A DNA stretch of 44,839 bases from an uncultured bacterium (GTDB lineage: Bacteria; Abyssobacteria; SURF-5). The notes under the pieces were generated by a model that worked only from the letters and a program-made list of their open reading frames with translations, was not told where the DNA came from and did not search any database. Shown piece after piece: positions 37,322-44,839 of this stretch. Positions within the stretch are counted from its first letter, which is position 1. The number at the start of each line of letters is the position of its first letter. A program made the translations under genes and the position numbers. The DNA is taken from positions 1 to 44,839 of the forward strand of contig CAZSKP010000034.1 of assembly GCA_964607485.1 (NCBI GenBank), given 5' to 3'.

Positions 37322-37351
37322 ATTTTATAATAGATTGGTTCCACCTGTCAA
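37322..37351 (-). promoter_or_regulatory. sigma70 promoter for the TonB receptor operon
   Basis: Minus strand TTGACA-18 nt-TAAAAT. Confidence 0.7.
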
Positions 37352-37439
37352 TTTCGTTCTTGCGATGTGAGCAAAGAGGCGTTTTCGTGGCTGAATATCT
37401 CTTGCAGGAATCATGAAATGGGGGTGAGCGAGGGAATGC

Positions 37440-38501
37440 TTACTCGGGCTTGGGCATATCGATGGTGAACTCATGCTTGGTGTAAATCTGCAGCAGTTTG
37501 ACGGTTCTCGCCTCGGCGTCTATGTCCACAACCTTGAAATTCTTGACCGTGTCTCCCTCTTTCACATACACGGGCTGATTGGTCTGGGGCAACTGGATTA
37601 TAGCATATAGCGTATGGCCCAGCATATTGATGCCGCGAAGCTTCAGGGTAGGCGTTTCAATGTACAGCGATATCTGGTTAAGCAGACGACGCGCCCGGGC
37701 GTTGGTCGGGTCTATTCGCAGAGAAAGGCGAACGTTCTCGAGAGCATCATAGTAGCGCTTGCTGATAAAAAGCTCGTCGGCACGGGCCAGGAGCTCGTTA
37801 TTCGTTCGCATAAGAAGATTCGACGCCCTCGTGTCGGACGGGTTTATCTTGATGACTTCCTTGGCTTTTGTTATCAGCTGTGAATATTCCTTTTTTCTGA
37901 AATGAACCTGCGCCTCGGCCAAGAGACGCTCTCCGATGCGCAATAAGAGTTCCTGGGCATCTTTGTGTTCGGGCCTGTGTTTGAGCACAAGCCTGGCATC
38001 GGCCAGAGCGGCCTCGATTTCACCTGCATCGAACTCCCTGTTCGCCCTCTGGGTGGTGGCGTCCGTGGCAAGATCAATGAGGCTGCGTGCGCGTTCGTCT
38101 TCCGGATCCATCTGCGAGACCGCCACGGCTGTGGCCAGCGCCGCCTTGTAGTCTCCGACCAGAAACTGCGCGTGCCCCTCGTCCAACATGTCTGCCTTTT
38201 CCTTTTGGGCTTTCACGGAACTCCAGAGCCTGTGAAACGGAGAGCCTCGACCGGAGGAAAAGACTGCACGGAAATCTATCTTGTACAGCCGATAGTCAGC
38301 GATAAAATAGCCGGCCACTGCCACGGCCACGCACACAAACAGAACTTTCGTCAGGAGTCTCGTAAGCCCGGACGTGCGCGCGGCGAACCATAGCGCCTTG
38401 AGCCTCCCGGATATAGGCTTGGCTTTCTCTTCTTCTTTCGCCGCAGGGGCCTCGACGTTCAGCTCTGCAAGTCGCCTTTTTTGGTCGGGTGTGAGCACCA
38501 T
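37440..38501 (-). CDS. Membrane-anchored TPR-repeat protein with C-terminal beta domain
   Basis: One TM helix; repeated helices ending DPEDERA, RPEHKDA, NPSDTRA and DPTNARA; C-terminal LKLRGI..YAII..VKEGDTV..FKVVDI. Confidence 0.75.
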   Translation of the reverse strand: MVLTPDQKRRLAELNVEAPAAKEEEKAKPISGRLKALWFAARTSGLTRLLTKVLFVCVAVAVAGYFIADYRLYKIDFRAVFSSGRGSPFHRLWSSVKAQKEKADMLDEGHAQFLVGDYKAALATAVAVSQMDPEDERARSLIDLATDATTQRANREFDAGEIEAALADARLVLKHRPEHKDAQELLLRIGERLLAEAQVHFRKKEYSQLITKAKEVIKINPSDTRASNLLMRTNNELLARADELFISKRYYDALENVRLSLRIDPTNARARRLLNQISLYIETPTLKLRGINMLGHTLYAIIQLPQTNQPVYVKEGDTVKNFKVVDIDAEARTVKLLQIYTKHEFTIDMPKPE

Positions 38502-38509
38502 AACGCCTT

Positions 38510-38539
38510 AGAATAACAAATTTTGGCGAAGATAGTCAA
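38510..38539 (-). promoter_or_regulatory. sigma70 promoter immediately before the TPR gene start
   Basis: Minus strand TTGACT-18 nt-TATTCT with extended TG; 8 nt from the ATG. Confidence 0.6.
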
Positions 38540-38593
38540 ATTCTTTACATCCGAGCACGTTCCTTTAAGACGAGAAACAGGAAGAGGCGAGAG

Positions 38594-38623
38594 TTGGATG
38601 AAGTCCCTCCGAAGTTGTATAAT
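38594..38623 (+). promoter_or_regulatory. sigma70 promoter for GH116-MFS
   Basis: TTGGAT-18 nt-TATAAT. Confidence 0.5.
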
Positions 38624-38685
38624 CGGAGGCCGGACGCGTCATCTGTCGTTCCGGATTTGGCGCGTGAGATTGAAGAACGAGCCGT

Positions 38686-41301
38686 GTGACACGGGAGGCT
38701 AGAGTGGTCTATGAGAGCGGGAGGCTGAGGGCTATTTCGTTTCCCCTGGGAGGGATCGGTGCCGGGCAGGTGGCACTATGCGGCGATGGCGGGCTCAGGC
38801 AATGGCAGATTTTCAACAACATCAATCATAATGCGCATGTGCCATTTTCATTCTTTGGAATTTATGCCAGGCAGGCGGGCTCACGGTCTGTGTCGAGGGT
38901 GCTTCAATCAATGGCCAGATACGACGACGCATTCGAGCCGGCGCCTTCGGTGACCGATCATGAGGTGCCGCGTTCGTCCCGGCTCCTGCTCGAAAAACTC
39001 CCCGGCACAGAGAGCATCACGTTTGTTGGGAAATACCCGATTGCCGAGATCGCATACTCGCTCCCCGAGTTGCCGGTCCGTGTATCGCTCGTGGCATATT
39101 CTCCTTTTGTGCCACTCGACCCGGACGACTCCGGTTTGCCGGTGGTCATTTTCCATTTCAGGATCGTCAATCCGACTGACAAGGAATTAACCGCGTCGGT
39201 CCTCATGAGTCAACAGAATGCCGTCGGCTGGGACGACTCCATCGAGATAGACAGCATCTGCCATCCCAGCTACGGCGGCAACCGCAACAGGGTCGTTCGC
39301 CGCTCCGAGCTCACTGCAATCGAGTTGACAAATCCCAGCCTGCCCGACGAGCATCCGCGTCACGGCCAGATGCTCATCGCGGCGCTCGAGGAATCGGCGT
39401 CGGCGCAGGCTCAGTGGACCAACCTGGAGCGCCTGTGGGCGGACTTTTGCGCCGACGGACGTCTCGACGCTTCGGGCAACGCCAGGCCGAGCCCCCGCGG
39501 ACGTACCGTCAACGCGGCAATAGCGTGTCCGGTGAGGCTTGCCCCCGGAGCCGAGAAAAGGGTCACGTTCCTCCTTGCATGGTACTTTCCCAACAGATAC
39601 GTCGATTGGGAGCAGCCGACCCTCGAGCGCGAGGAACACATTCGAAAGAGCCGGCTGTGGCTGGGCAACTTCTACGCATCTCGCTTCGGGTCCGCACTGG
39701 AGGTGGCCGAGTATGTCCGTGACAACCTCGGCCGGTTCGACGACATTGCGGAGCGATTCCGAAAGGCGATGCATGATTCCTCGCTGCCCGACTGTCTCAT
39801 CGACGCCGTTTCCTCCCAGATTTCGGTGGTGCGTTCGCCCACGTGCTTCCGCGCCGGCGACGGACGCTTCTATGGATTCGAGGGATGTCACGGCGCGAGC
39901 ACCGAGTATCTGGGCACGGCGGGCGGATGCTGTCCGCTCAATTGCACCCACGTGTGGAACTATGCGGCGACCGTCTCGCGCCTGTTCCCCCAGCTTGAAC
40001 GCTCAATGAGAGAGACGGAATGGCTGTGCCAGCAGCACGAGAGCGGATACCTGCCTCACCGTGTGGTGGTTCCCCTCTATCTCCGGCGGCCGTGGGACCG
40101 ATGGATAGGAGGGCCGCCCTATCCCGCGCTCGACGGCCTCCTCGGAGCGATCCTCAAGAGCTATAGGGAATTCCGCGCCGGCGGCGATCTGGAATGGCTT
40201 GGGTCGTTGTGGAATCACGTTCGTCTGGCGCTCGATCACGTGATGAGCAGGTACGACCGCGGCGACGGGATAATTCAGGGACCCCAGCCCTGCACCTACG
40301 ACGTCGAGATAGAGGGACCGAACAGTTTTATCGAATCGCTCTACCTCGCCTCGCTGTGTGCCGGAGAGGAAATGGCAAAGGCGGTCGGCGACAAGGAATC
40401 TGCAAAGAGGTACCGCGACCGTTTCCGCGAGGGACGCAACATCGCCGACAAATTGCTGTGGGAAGGGGGGTACTACGTTCACAGGTACGACCCCGAGACC
40501 GAATCGATTCAGGCCTACGGCCGGGGCTGCCACGCCGACCAATTGTTCGGACAGTGGTGGGCGCATTCGCTGAACCTCGGATATGTTTTTCCTGCCGGTC
40601 GAGTGCGCCGCGCGCTTGCGTCGATCGTGAAATACAATTGCCGGAAAGATTTCACCGAACACCAGCAGTTTCCCCGAAAGTATGTCCGCGATGACGAAGC
40701 GGGGATGCTCAACTGTACGTGGCCGAAAGGCGGGCGGCCGGAAACGCCGCTGCTTTACTCCGATGAGGTGTGGACGGGCATCGAATATGAGGTCGCGGCC
40801 GCGCTTCTTTTCGAAGGCATGGTGGATGACGCCCTTGCGCTCGTCGCCGAGGTGCGCAAGCGTCATGACGGCCGTCTGCGCAGTCCCTGGAACGAGGTCG
40901 AGTGCGGCGACCATTACGTGCGCGCGATGAGCAGTTGGATGCTGCTCGAGGCCGCCGCGGGATATGTGCATGACGCTTCGAGAAATCTTATCGGTTTTGG
41001 CCCGCGCATATCCCCGGAAGATTTTAGGTGCTTCTTCGCGACCGCGAGCGGGTGGGGCCGCTATTCGCAGCAGGTGAGATGCGACAAGATGACCGCGGCG
41101 CTTTCAGTTTCTTGGGGCAAAGTTCTCGTGCGCGAATTGTGGCTAGCATGCGAAGATAAGCGATCGGGCAGGATCAGCGCGAAGCTCGGAACAAAGAGCA
41201 TTGCCTTCTCCGGAAGAATAAAAGGCGGGCGAGCAACCATTAGGTTCGGGGAAGCGTTCGTGATAGAAAAAGACCAGAGCCTCCGGATAGGTATTGGCTG
41301 A
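38686..41301 (+). CDS. Glycoside hydrolase family 116 (GBA2-like)
   Basis: FPLGGIGAG, YSPFVPLDPDDSGLP, FYGFEG..NCTHVWNY, TYDVE, DQLFGQWW, EVWTGIEY and ECGDHYVRAMSSW. No signal peptide. Confidence 0.88.
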   Translation: MTREARVVYESGRLRAISFPLGGIGAGQVALCGDGGLRQWQIFNNINHNAHVPFSFFGIYARQAGSRSVSRVLQSMARYDDAFEPAPSVTDHEVPRSSRLLLEKLPGTESITFVGKYPIAEIAYSLPELPVRVSLVAYSPFVPLDPDDSGLPVVIFHFRIVNPTDKELTASVLMSQQNAVGWDDSIEIDSICHPSYGGNRNRVVRRSELTAIELTNPSLPDEHPRHGQMLIAALEESASAQAQWTNLERLWADFCADGRLDASGNARPSPRGRTVNAAIACPVRLAPGAEKRVTFLLAWYFPNRYVDWEQPTLEREEHIRKSRLWLGNFYASRFGSALEVAEYVRDNLGRFDDIAERFRKAMHDSSLPDCLIDAVSSQISVVRSPTCFRAGDGRFYGFEGCHGASTEYLGTAGGCCPLNCTHVWNYAATVSRLFPQLERSMRETEWLCQQHESGYLPHRVVVPLYLRRPWDRWIGGPPYPALDGLLGAILKSYREFRAGGDLEWLGSLWNHVRLALDHVMSRYDRGDGIIQGPQPCTYDVEIEGPNSFIESLYLASLCAGEEMAKAVGDKESAKRYRDRFREGRNIADKLLWEGGYYVHRYDPETESIQAYGRGCHADQLFGQWWAHSLNLGYVFPAGRVRRALASIVKYNCRKDFTEHQQFPRKYVRDDEAGMLNCTWPKGGRPETPLLYSDEVWTGIEYEVAAALLFEGMVDDALALVAEVRKRHDGRLRSPWNEVECGDHYVRAMSSWMLLEAAAGYVHDASRNLIGFGPRISPEDFRCFFATASGWGRYSQQVRCDKMTAALSVSWGKVLVRELWLACEDKRSGRISAKLGTKSIAFSGRIKGGRATIRFGEAFVIEKDQSLRIGIG

Positions 41302-42517
41302 CATACGGGTCGAAACCGTGGCCGTGAAACTGAGCCGAAACGTCAAAGCGCTCGGATGGGTGAGCTTCCTGACCGATGTCCACAGCGAGGCCATCCTCCC
41401 TCTGCTTCCATTGTTCATCACGCAGGTGCTCGGGCTGAACCGAGCCTTCCTCGGATTGATCGAAGGTGTCGCCGACAGCACGGCCAGCCTGCTCAAGGTT
41501 GCGTCGGGCTGGTACTCGGACAAGGTGAGCCATCGCAAGAGGCCTGTCGCGGCCGGATACATCCTTTCGACCGCCGCCAAGCCGCTGCTCGCTTTCAGCG
41601 GGACGGGCGCACACGTGCTGGGCATCAGGCTTCTCGACAGGACGGGTAAGGGGATTCGCACGGCGCCGCGCGACGCGCTGATCGCCGATTCCGTTTCACC
41701 GATTTGGCTGGGGCGCGCATTCGGCTTTCATCGGATGATGGATACCTTTGGCGCCGTGGTGGGAACGCTTCTCGCCTACATCATGCTCAACACCCTCAGT
41801 GGGAGCGAGGGCCATCGCATCCGCGTCATCTTTCTGCTGTCAACCGTGTTCGGGGTCATGGCGGTCGCAATCCTTTTCGCGTTCGTCCGCGAGCCCGGGC
41901 CGGCAGCGCACGCAGCGTTTTCCGAAACAGATGTCTCACGGCGCAGCGCACAACGCAGCCGGCTGGCGGCCTTTGTCGGCGTCAACACGGTTTTTTATCT
42001 GGGCATGTTCAGTTACGCGTTCTTTCTCCTCAGAGCCCAGAGCCTTGGCATCGGCACGCCGACCATTCCGCTGATATATCTTTTCTACAATGTCATCTAC
42101 GCCCTGGCTTCATCGCCGATGGGAAGGCTGTCCGACTCCATCGGGCGCAAGCCGGTGATTCTGCTGGCGTATTTCTCCTACGCGGCGCTCTGTCTGGGGT
42201 TCGCTTTCGCGTGGAGAGCGTGGCAGGCCTGGGCGCTGTTCGCACTTTATGGCATTCATTCCGCGACGGTGAATCCGGCCTCGCGCGCGCTGGTCGCTGG
42301 ACTTTCCGAGGCTCGCTCGCGCGCCACGGCGCTGGGGATATACCACACCTCGGTCGGGCTGGCGGTGCTGCCGGCGAGCCTGATTGCGGGAATCCTGTGG
42401 GACAGATACGGCGCGGCCGTCCCCTTTCTCGTCGCCGGGCTTCTCGCGCTGCTCGCGTCCGGTGCGATGCTCTCGCTGTCGCTCGATGACCATGAGGAGA
42501 CGCATGGGGGATCGTGA
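41294..42517 (+). CDS. Major facilitator superfamily transporter
   Basis: About 12 TM helices; VSFLTDVHSE, DRTGKGIRTAPRDALIA, AFGFHRMMDT and GRLSDSIGRK. The exact start is uncertain. Confidence 0.9.
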   Translation: MADIRVETVAVKLSRNVKALGWVSFLTDVHSEAILPLLPLFITQVLGLNRAFLGLIEGVADSTASLLKVASGWYSDKVSHRKRPVAAGYILSTAAKPLLAFSGTGAHVLGIRLLDRTGKGIRTAPRDALIADSVSPIWLGRAFGFHRMMDTFGAVVGTLLAYIMLNTLSGSEGHRIRVIFLLSTVFGVMAVAILFAFVREPGPAAHAAFSETDVSRRSAQRSRLAAFVGVNTVFYLGMFSYAFFLLRAQSLGIGTPTIPLIYLFYNVIYALASSPMGRLSDSIGRKPVILLAYFSYAALCLGFAFAWRAWQAWALFALYGIHSATVNPASRALVAGLSEARSRATALGIYHTSVGLAVLPASLIAGILWDRYGAAVPFLVAGLLALLASGAMLSLSLDDHEETHGGS

Positions 42518-42580
42518 CGATTGCGCTACCGCTTACGTTGCCGGGCGCCGTCTCGGAGTCGCCTCGCCTCCCAAGCGGTC

Positions 42581-43081
42581 CTATGTGACCTCGAAAAACC
42601 TGTCTTTGGGAGAATTGCAGACAGGACAGCGGTCGGGAGGCACGCCCACAACCGTATTTCCGCACACGTTACACACAAAGATCGACGCAGCCGCCAGGTC
42701 CTTGTCGGAATTCAGCGTCTCGAGAGCCTCATTGTAGAGGTTGTGATGTATTCTCTCGACTGCGAGCGCATTGCTGAACGAAGTGGCCGCTCCCTGATTC
42801 TTCTCCTTCTCCGCCTCGGCGAGGAATTTCGGATACATCTCCTGGAACTCGAAACCCTCTCCTTCAATGGCGGCCCGAAGGTTGTCCGCCGTTTCCCTAA
42901 CGCCCTTCATGACGCGCAGGTGCGCATGCGCGTGAACCGTCTCGGCTGCGGCTGCGGCACGAAACAGCTTCGCGATCTGAGGATAGCCGTCGGACTCCGC
43001 TTTTTTTGCGAATGCCAGATACTTCCTGTTCGCTTGGCTCTCTCCGGCGAACGCTTCCTGCAAGTTCTCCGCAGTTGCCAT
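42581..43081 (-). CDS. rbr: Rubrerythrin
   Basis: Start at ATG 43081 after AAGGAG. NLQEAFAGESQANRKY, AETVHA, EMYP and VERIH diiron motifs; C-terminal CNVC..CPVC rubredoxin site. Confidence 0.95.
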   Translation of the reverse strand: MATAENLQEAFAGESQANRKYLAFAKKAESDGYPQIAKLFRAAAAAETVHAHAHLRVMKGVRETADNLRAAIEGEGFEFQEMYPKFLAEAEKEKNQGAATSFSNALAVERIHHNLYNEALETLNSDKDLAAASIFVCNVCGNTVVGVPPDRCPVCNSPKDRFFEVT

Positions 43082-43148
43082 ATGACACGCTCCTTTCCAA
43101 TGCCTGACAAATCGAGGAGACACCTCTCGAACAATCCCCGAGCGAAAA

Positions 43149-43370
43149 TCAATCCCTCTGGGGCCACTCGATATCGTCTCTCTCCTCGACGAAATAGCAA
43201 AAACGATCCCATTCAACCTCGCGGTTAGAGATGGGACAGCGCAGCCGGATCTTCCGCTCGGTGACTCCGACTACTTCCCAATCGCCGCCCCGCGGGCCGC
43301 CCTCGATGCGTATCTTCTGCCCGGCCTGCAACGCATGAGGCCGAAAGATCGTTACCTTACCTGTCGCCAT
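43149..43370 (-). CDS. Small hypothetical protein (73 aa)
   Basis: GGAGGG upstream; co-oriented inside the Fur/PerR-rubrerythrin cluster; beta-rich pattern GQKIRIEGGPRGGDWEVVGV..LRCP. Confidence 0.7.
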   Translation of the reverse strand: MATGKVTIFRPHALQAGQKIRIEGGPRGGDWEVVGVTERKIRLRCPISNREVEWDRFCYFVEERDDIEWPQRD

Positions 43371-43412
43371 CGCGCCCGCCCTCCATCCCCGAAATCGTTG
43401 CGAGAGGGCCGC

Positions 43413-43529
43413 TCAATCGACAAGCACCATATCCTCGTTGCAGCACACGAGCGTCCCGGCTCCTTCTTTGGTGACCTTCACTTCCTGACCACAGATTTCA
43501 CACCGATACGTTTTTCCTTGCTCTGCCAT
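43413..43529 (-). CDS. Stand-alone desulforedoxin (38 aa, FeS4 site), below the ORF-track size cut-off
   Basis: My translation: MAEQGKTYRCEICGQEVKVTKEGAGTLVCCNEDMVLVD. CxxC plus vicinal CC is the desulforedoxin signature. GAGGAG RBS upstream. Confidence 0.93.
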   Translation of the reverse strand: MAEQGKTYRCEICGQEVKVTKEGAGTLVCCNEDMVLVD

Positions 43530-43590
43530 TTTTCTCTCCTCTCAGTTTCAGACAATTCACCTCAAAGACATGTTGCCAATAACGTTGCGG

Positions 43591-44049
43591 TTACTTCCGC
43601 TTTTTTCTCAGGCACTTGCCGCACAACCCCCTCAGCTCGGCATGTTTGCTCTCGACTCGGCCCCATCCTTTGCTTTCAGGCGGCAGCCCCAATTTCGCGA
43701 AGGCGGGCCAGTGGATATCCTGCACCTTCTTACACCGAACGCAAACCAGGTGGTTGTGGGGAGAAGGATTCGGGTCGAACCGAGCCTTCTCTCCAAGCGC
43801 CTGAAGCCTGGAAATCACCCCGCGACGCTCGAACGTCGCGAGCGTGCGATACACGGTATCGAGGGAAATCGTGGGCATCCTCGTCCGTATCCGCCTGTAG
43901 ATATCCTCCGCCGACGGATGGTCATCGGCCGCCGCTATCTCACGGAACAGCTCCAGACGCTGATGGGTAAGCCGGATGCCCGATTCCTTGCATACCCGCT
44001 TGAACGCCTTGAGCTTAGACTCTGCCGCTTTTCCTCGGCTTCCTCGCAT
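43591..44049 (-). CDS. perR: Fur-family regulator, PerR-like by context
   Basis: GIRLTHQR, HPSAEDIY, ISLDTVYRTL, HNHLVCVRC and GLCGKC. Heads an operon with rubrerythrin. Confidence 0.8.
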   Translation of the reverse strand: MRGSRGKAAESKLKAFKRVCKESGIRLTHQRLELFREIAAADDHPSAEDIYRRIRTRMPTISLDTVYRTLATFERRGVISRLQALGEKARFDPNPSPHNHLVCVRCKKVQDIHWPAFAKLGLPPESKGWGRVESKHAELRGLCGKCLRKKRK

Positions 44050-44077
44050 CGCTTTCCGTGTTTGCAGGATATTCAGA

Positions 44078-44128
44078 TATAGACTAATTACTAAGTAAGA
44101 CTATAACGCAGGTGTCATGGGGTGGCAA
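44078..44128 (-). promoter_or_regulatory. sigma70 promoter with candidate Fur/PerR operator
   Basis: Minus strand TTGCCA(44128-44123)-17 nt-TATAGT(44105-44100), followed by an AT-rich tract containing the TTACT-A-AGTAA palindrome (44088-44098) over the predicted start site. Confidence 0.55.
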
Positions 44129-44205
44129 GCCCCCGGTTCAGAAAAATACCTCGGACGGCTGTTTTCGATGACTGACGATTTAGACCATTGCCAGGGGTGC
44201 TGCGG

Positions 44206-44838
44206 CTACAGCGGGCGGTAAATGACGAGTACGTCGAGCGCGAGCGCGCAGAGCCAGTGGAGGATGATGCCGTACCATACCGAGCCGGTGCGGGCGGCCA
44301 GATGCCCGAGCGCGATACCTGCCGGAATCGCTGCCAGTGCTTCTGCCTGCGACCCTCCCAAATACATGGCGGCATAGGGAACAACCTGCAGGTATATCGC
44401 GGCGTCGCCTACTTTCTTCTTGAGCCCGAACAGGAGGAATCCACGGAAGAAAAATTCCCACCCAGCTATGTACAGGAAAAGGCAGGCCTCATAGGCGATG
44501 AGCGCGTTTTGGTGTCTTGCGGCCAGAGCGCTTAGCGGATGCACCGCCGAGACGGAGGGGAGCCTGCTGGCATAGACCAGTACGGGAAGGAGCGCGACGA
44601 ACAGCGCGAGAGAAACAGCGGAGCCCGCCAGCTTTTGACGTCCGAGCGTCAGCCCCCACGCGGAGGGACGTTCATCCCACAGCACACAGCCGAGCACCGC
44701 AGGCAGGAGCCCGAGAAGCACAAACGTCGAACCAAAAGAATAGAGGTATCGGTACAGCTCGTTCACGGGGCTCAGCGTGAAGCGACGGGCCAGATAGGCG
44801 TCAAAGAAGGCGGGTTGAGCCTGATACTGCTGGATTAT
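44206..44838 (-). CDS. CPBP (CAAX/Abi) family intramembrane protease-like protein (5'-truncated by window edge)
   Basis: GWEFFFRGFLLFGL and RTGSVWYGIILHW. The frame stays open upstream of 44766 to the window end. Confidence 0.82.
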   Translation of the reverse strand: MIQQYQAQPAFFDAYLARRFTLSPVNELYRYLYSFGSTFVLLGLLPAVLGCVLWDERPSAWGLTLGRQKLAGSAVSLALFVALLPVLVYASRLPSVSAVHPLSALAARHQNALIAYEACLFLYIAGWEFFFRGFLLFGLKKKVGDAAIYLQVVPYAAMYLGGSQAEALAAIPAGIALGHLAARTGSVWYGIILHWLCALALDVLVIYRPL

Positions 44839-44839
44839 G

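Noticed and set aside
1-44839. tRNA, rRNA, prophage, integron or selenocysteine recoding
   Set aside because: I saw no such signatures by eye. A covariance-model scan would be needed to exclude small RNAs rigorously.

Overview
Bacterial chromosomal window from a diderm anaerobe (it encodes a TonB-dependent receptor and c-type cytochromes) with dissimilatory sulfur metabolism. Five blocks. (1) 3' part of a dsr locus: partial dsrN, a nitrilase-family hydrolase, dsrC and dsrTMKJOP. (2) Directly downstream, a three-gene signalling module with no DNA-binding output: an atypical Ser/Thr-kinase-like protein lacking an activation segment, a histidine kinase with periplasmic CxxCH and CxxxxCH motifs, and a receiver domain fused to a GcvH-like domain that lacks the lipoyl lysine. 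(3) A ~20 kb envelope-modification region: four YfhO-like and two ArnT/PMT-like polytopic GT-C-type proteins, a GT2-methyltransferase fusion and a membrane/spermidine-synthase-like fusion, interrupted by rlmB-recD2. (4) A TonB receptor, solute-binding protein and histidine kinase operon, then a TPR protein and GH116 plus MFS. (5) A Fur/PerR oxidative-stress operon with a 38-aa desulforedoxin missing from the ORF track, a 73-aa hypothetical protein and rubrerythrin, followed by a partial CPBP protease. I saw no rRNA, tRNA, CRISPR array or transposase. One REP-like doublet and several clear sigma70 promoters are visible. All family assignments come from motif recognition by eye, not from database searches.
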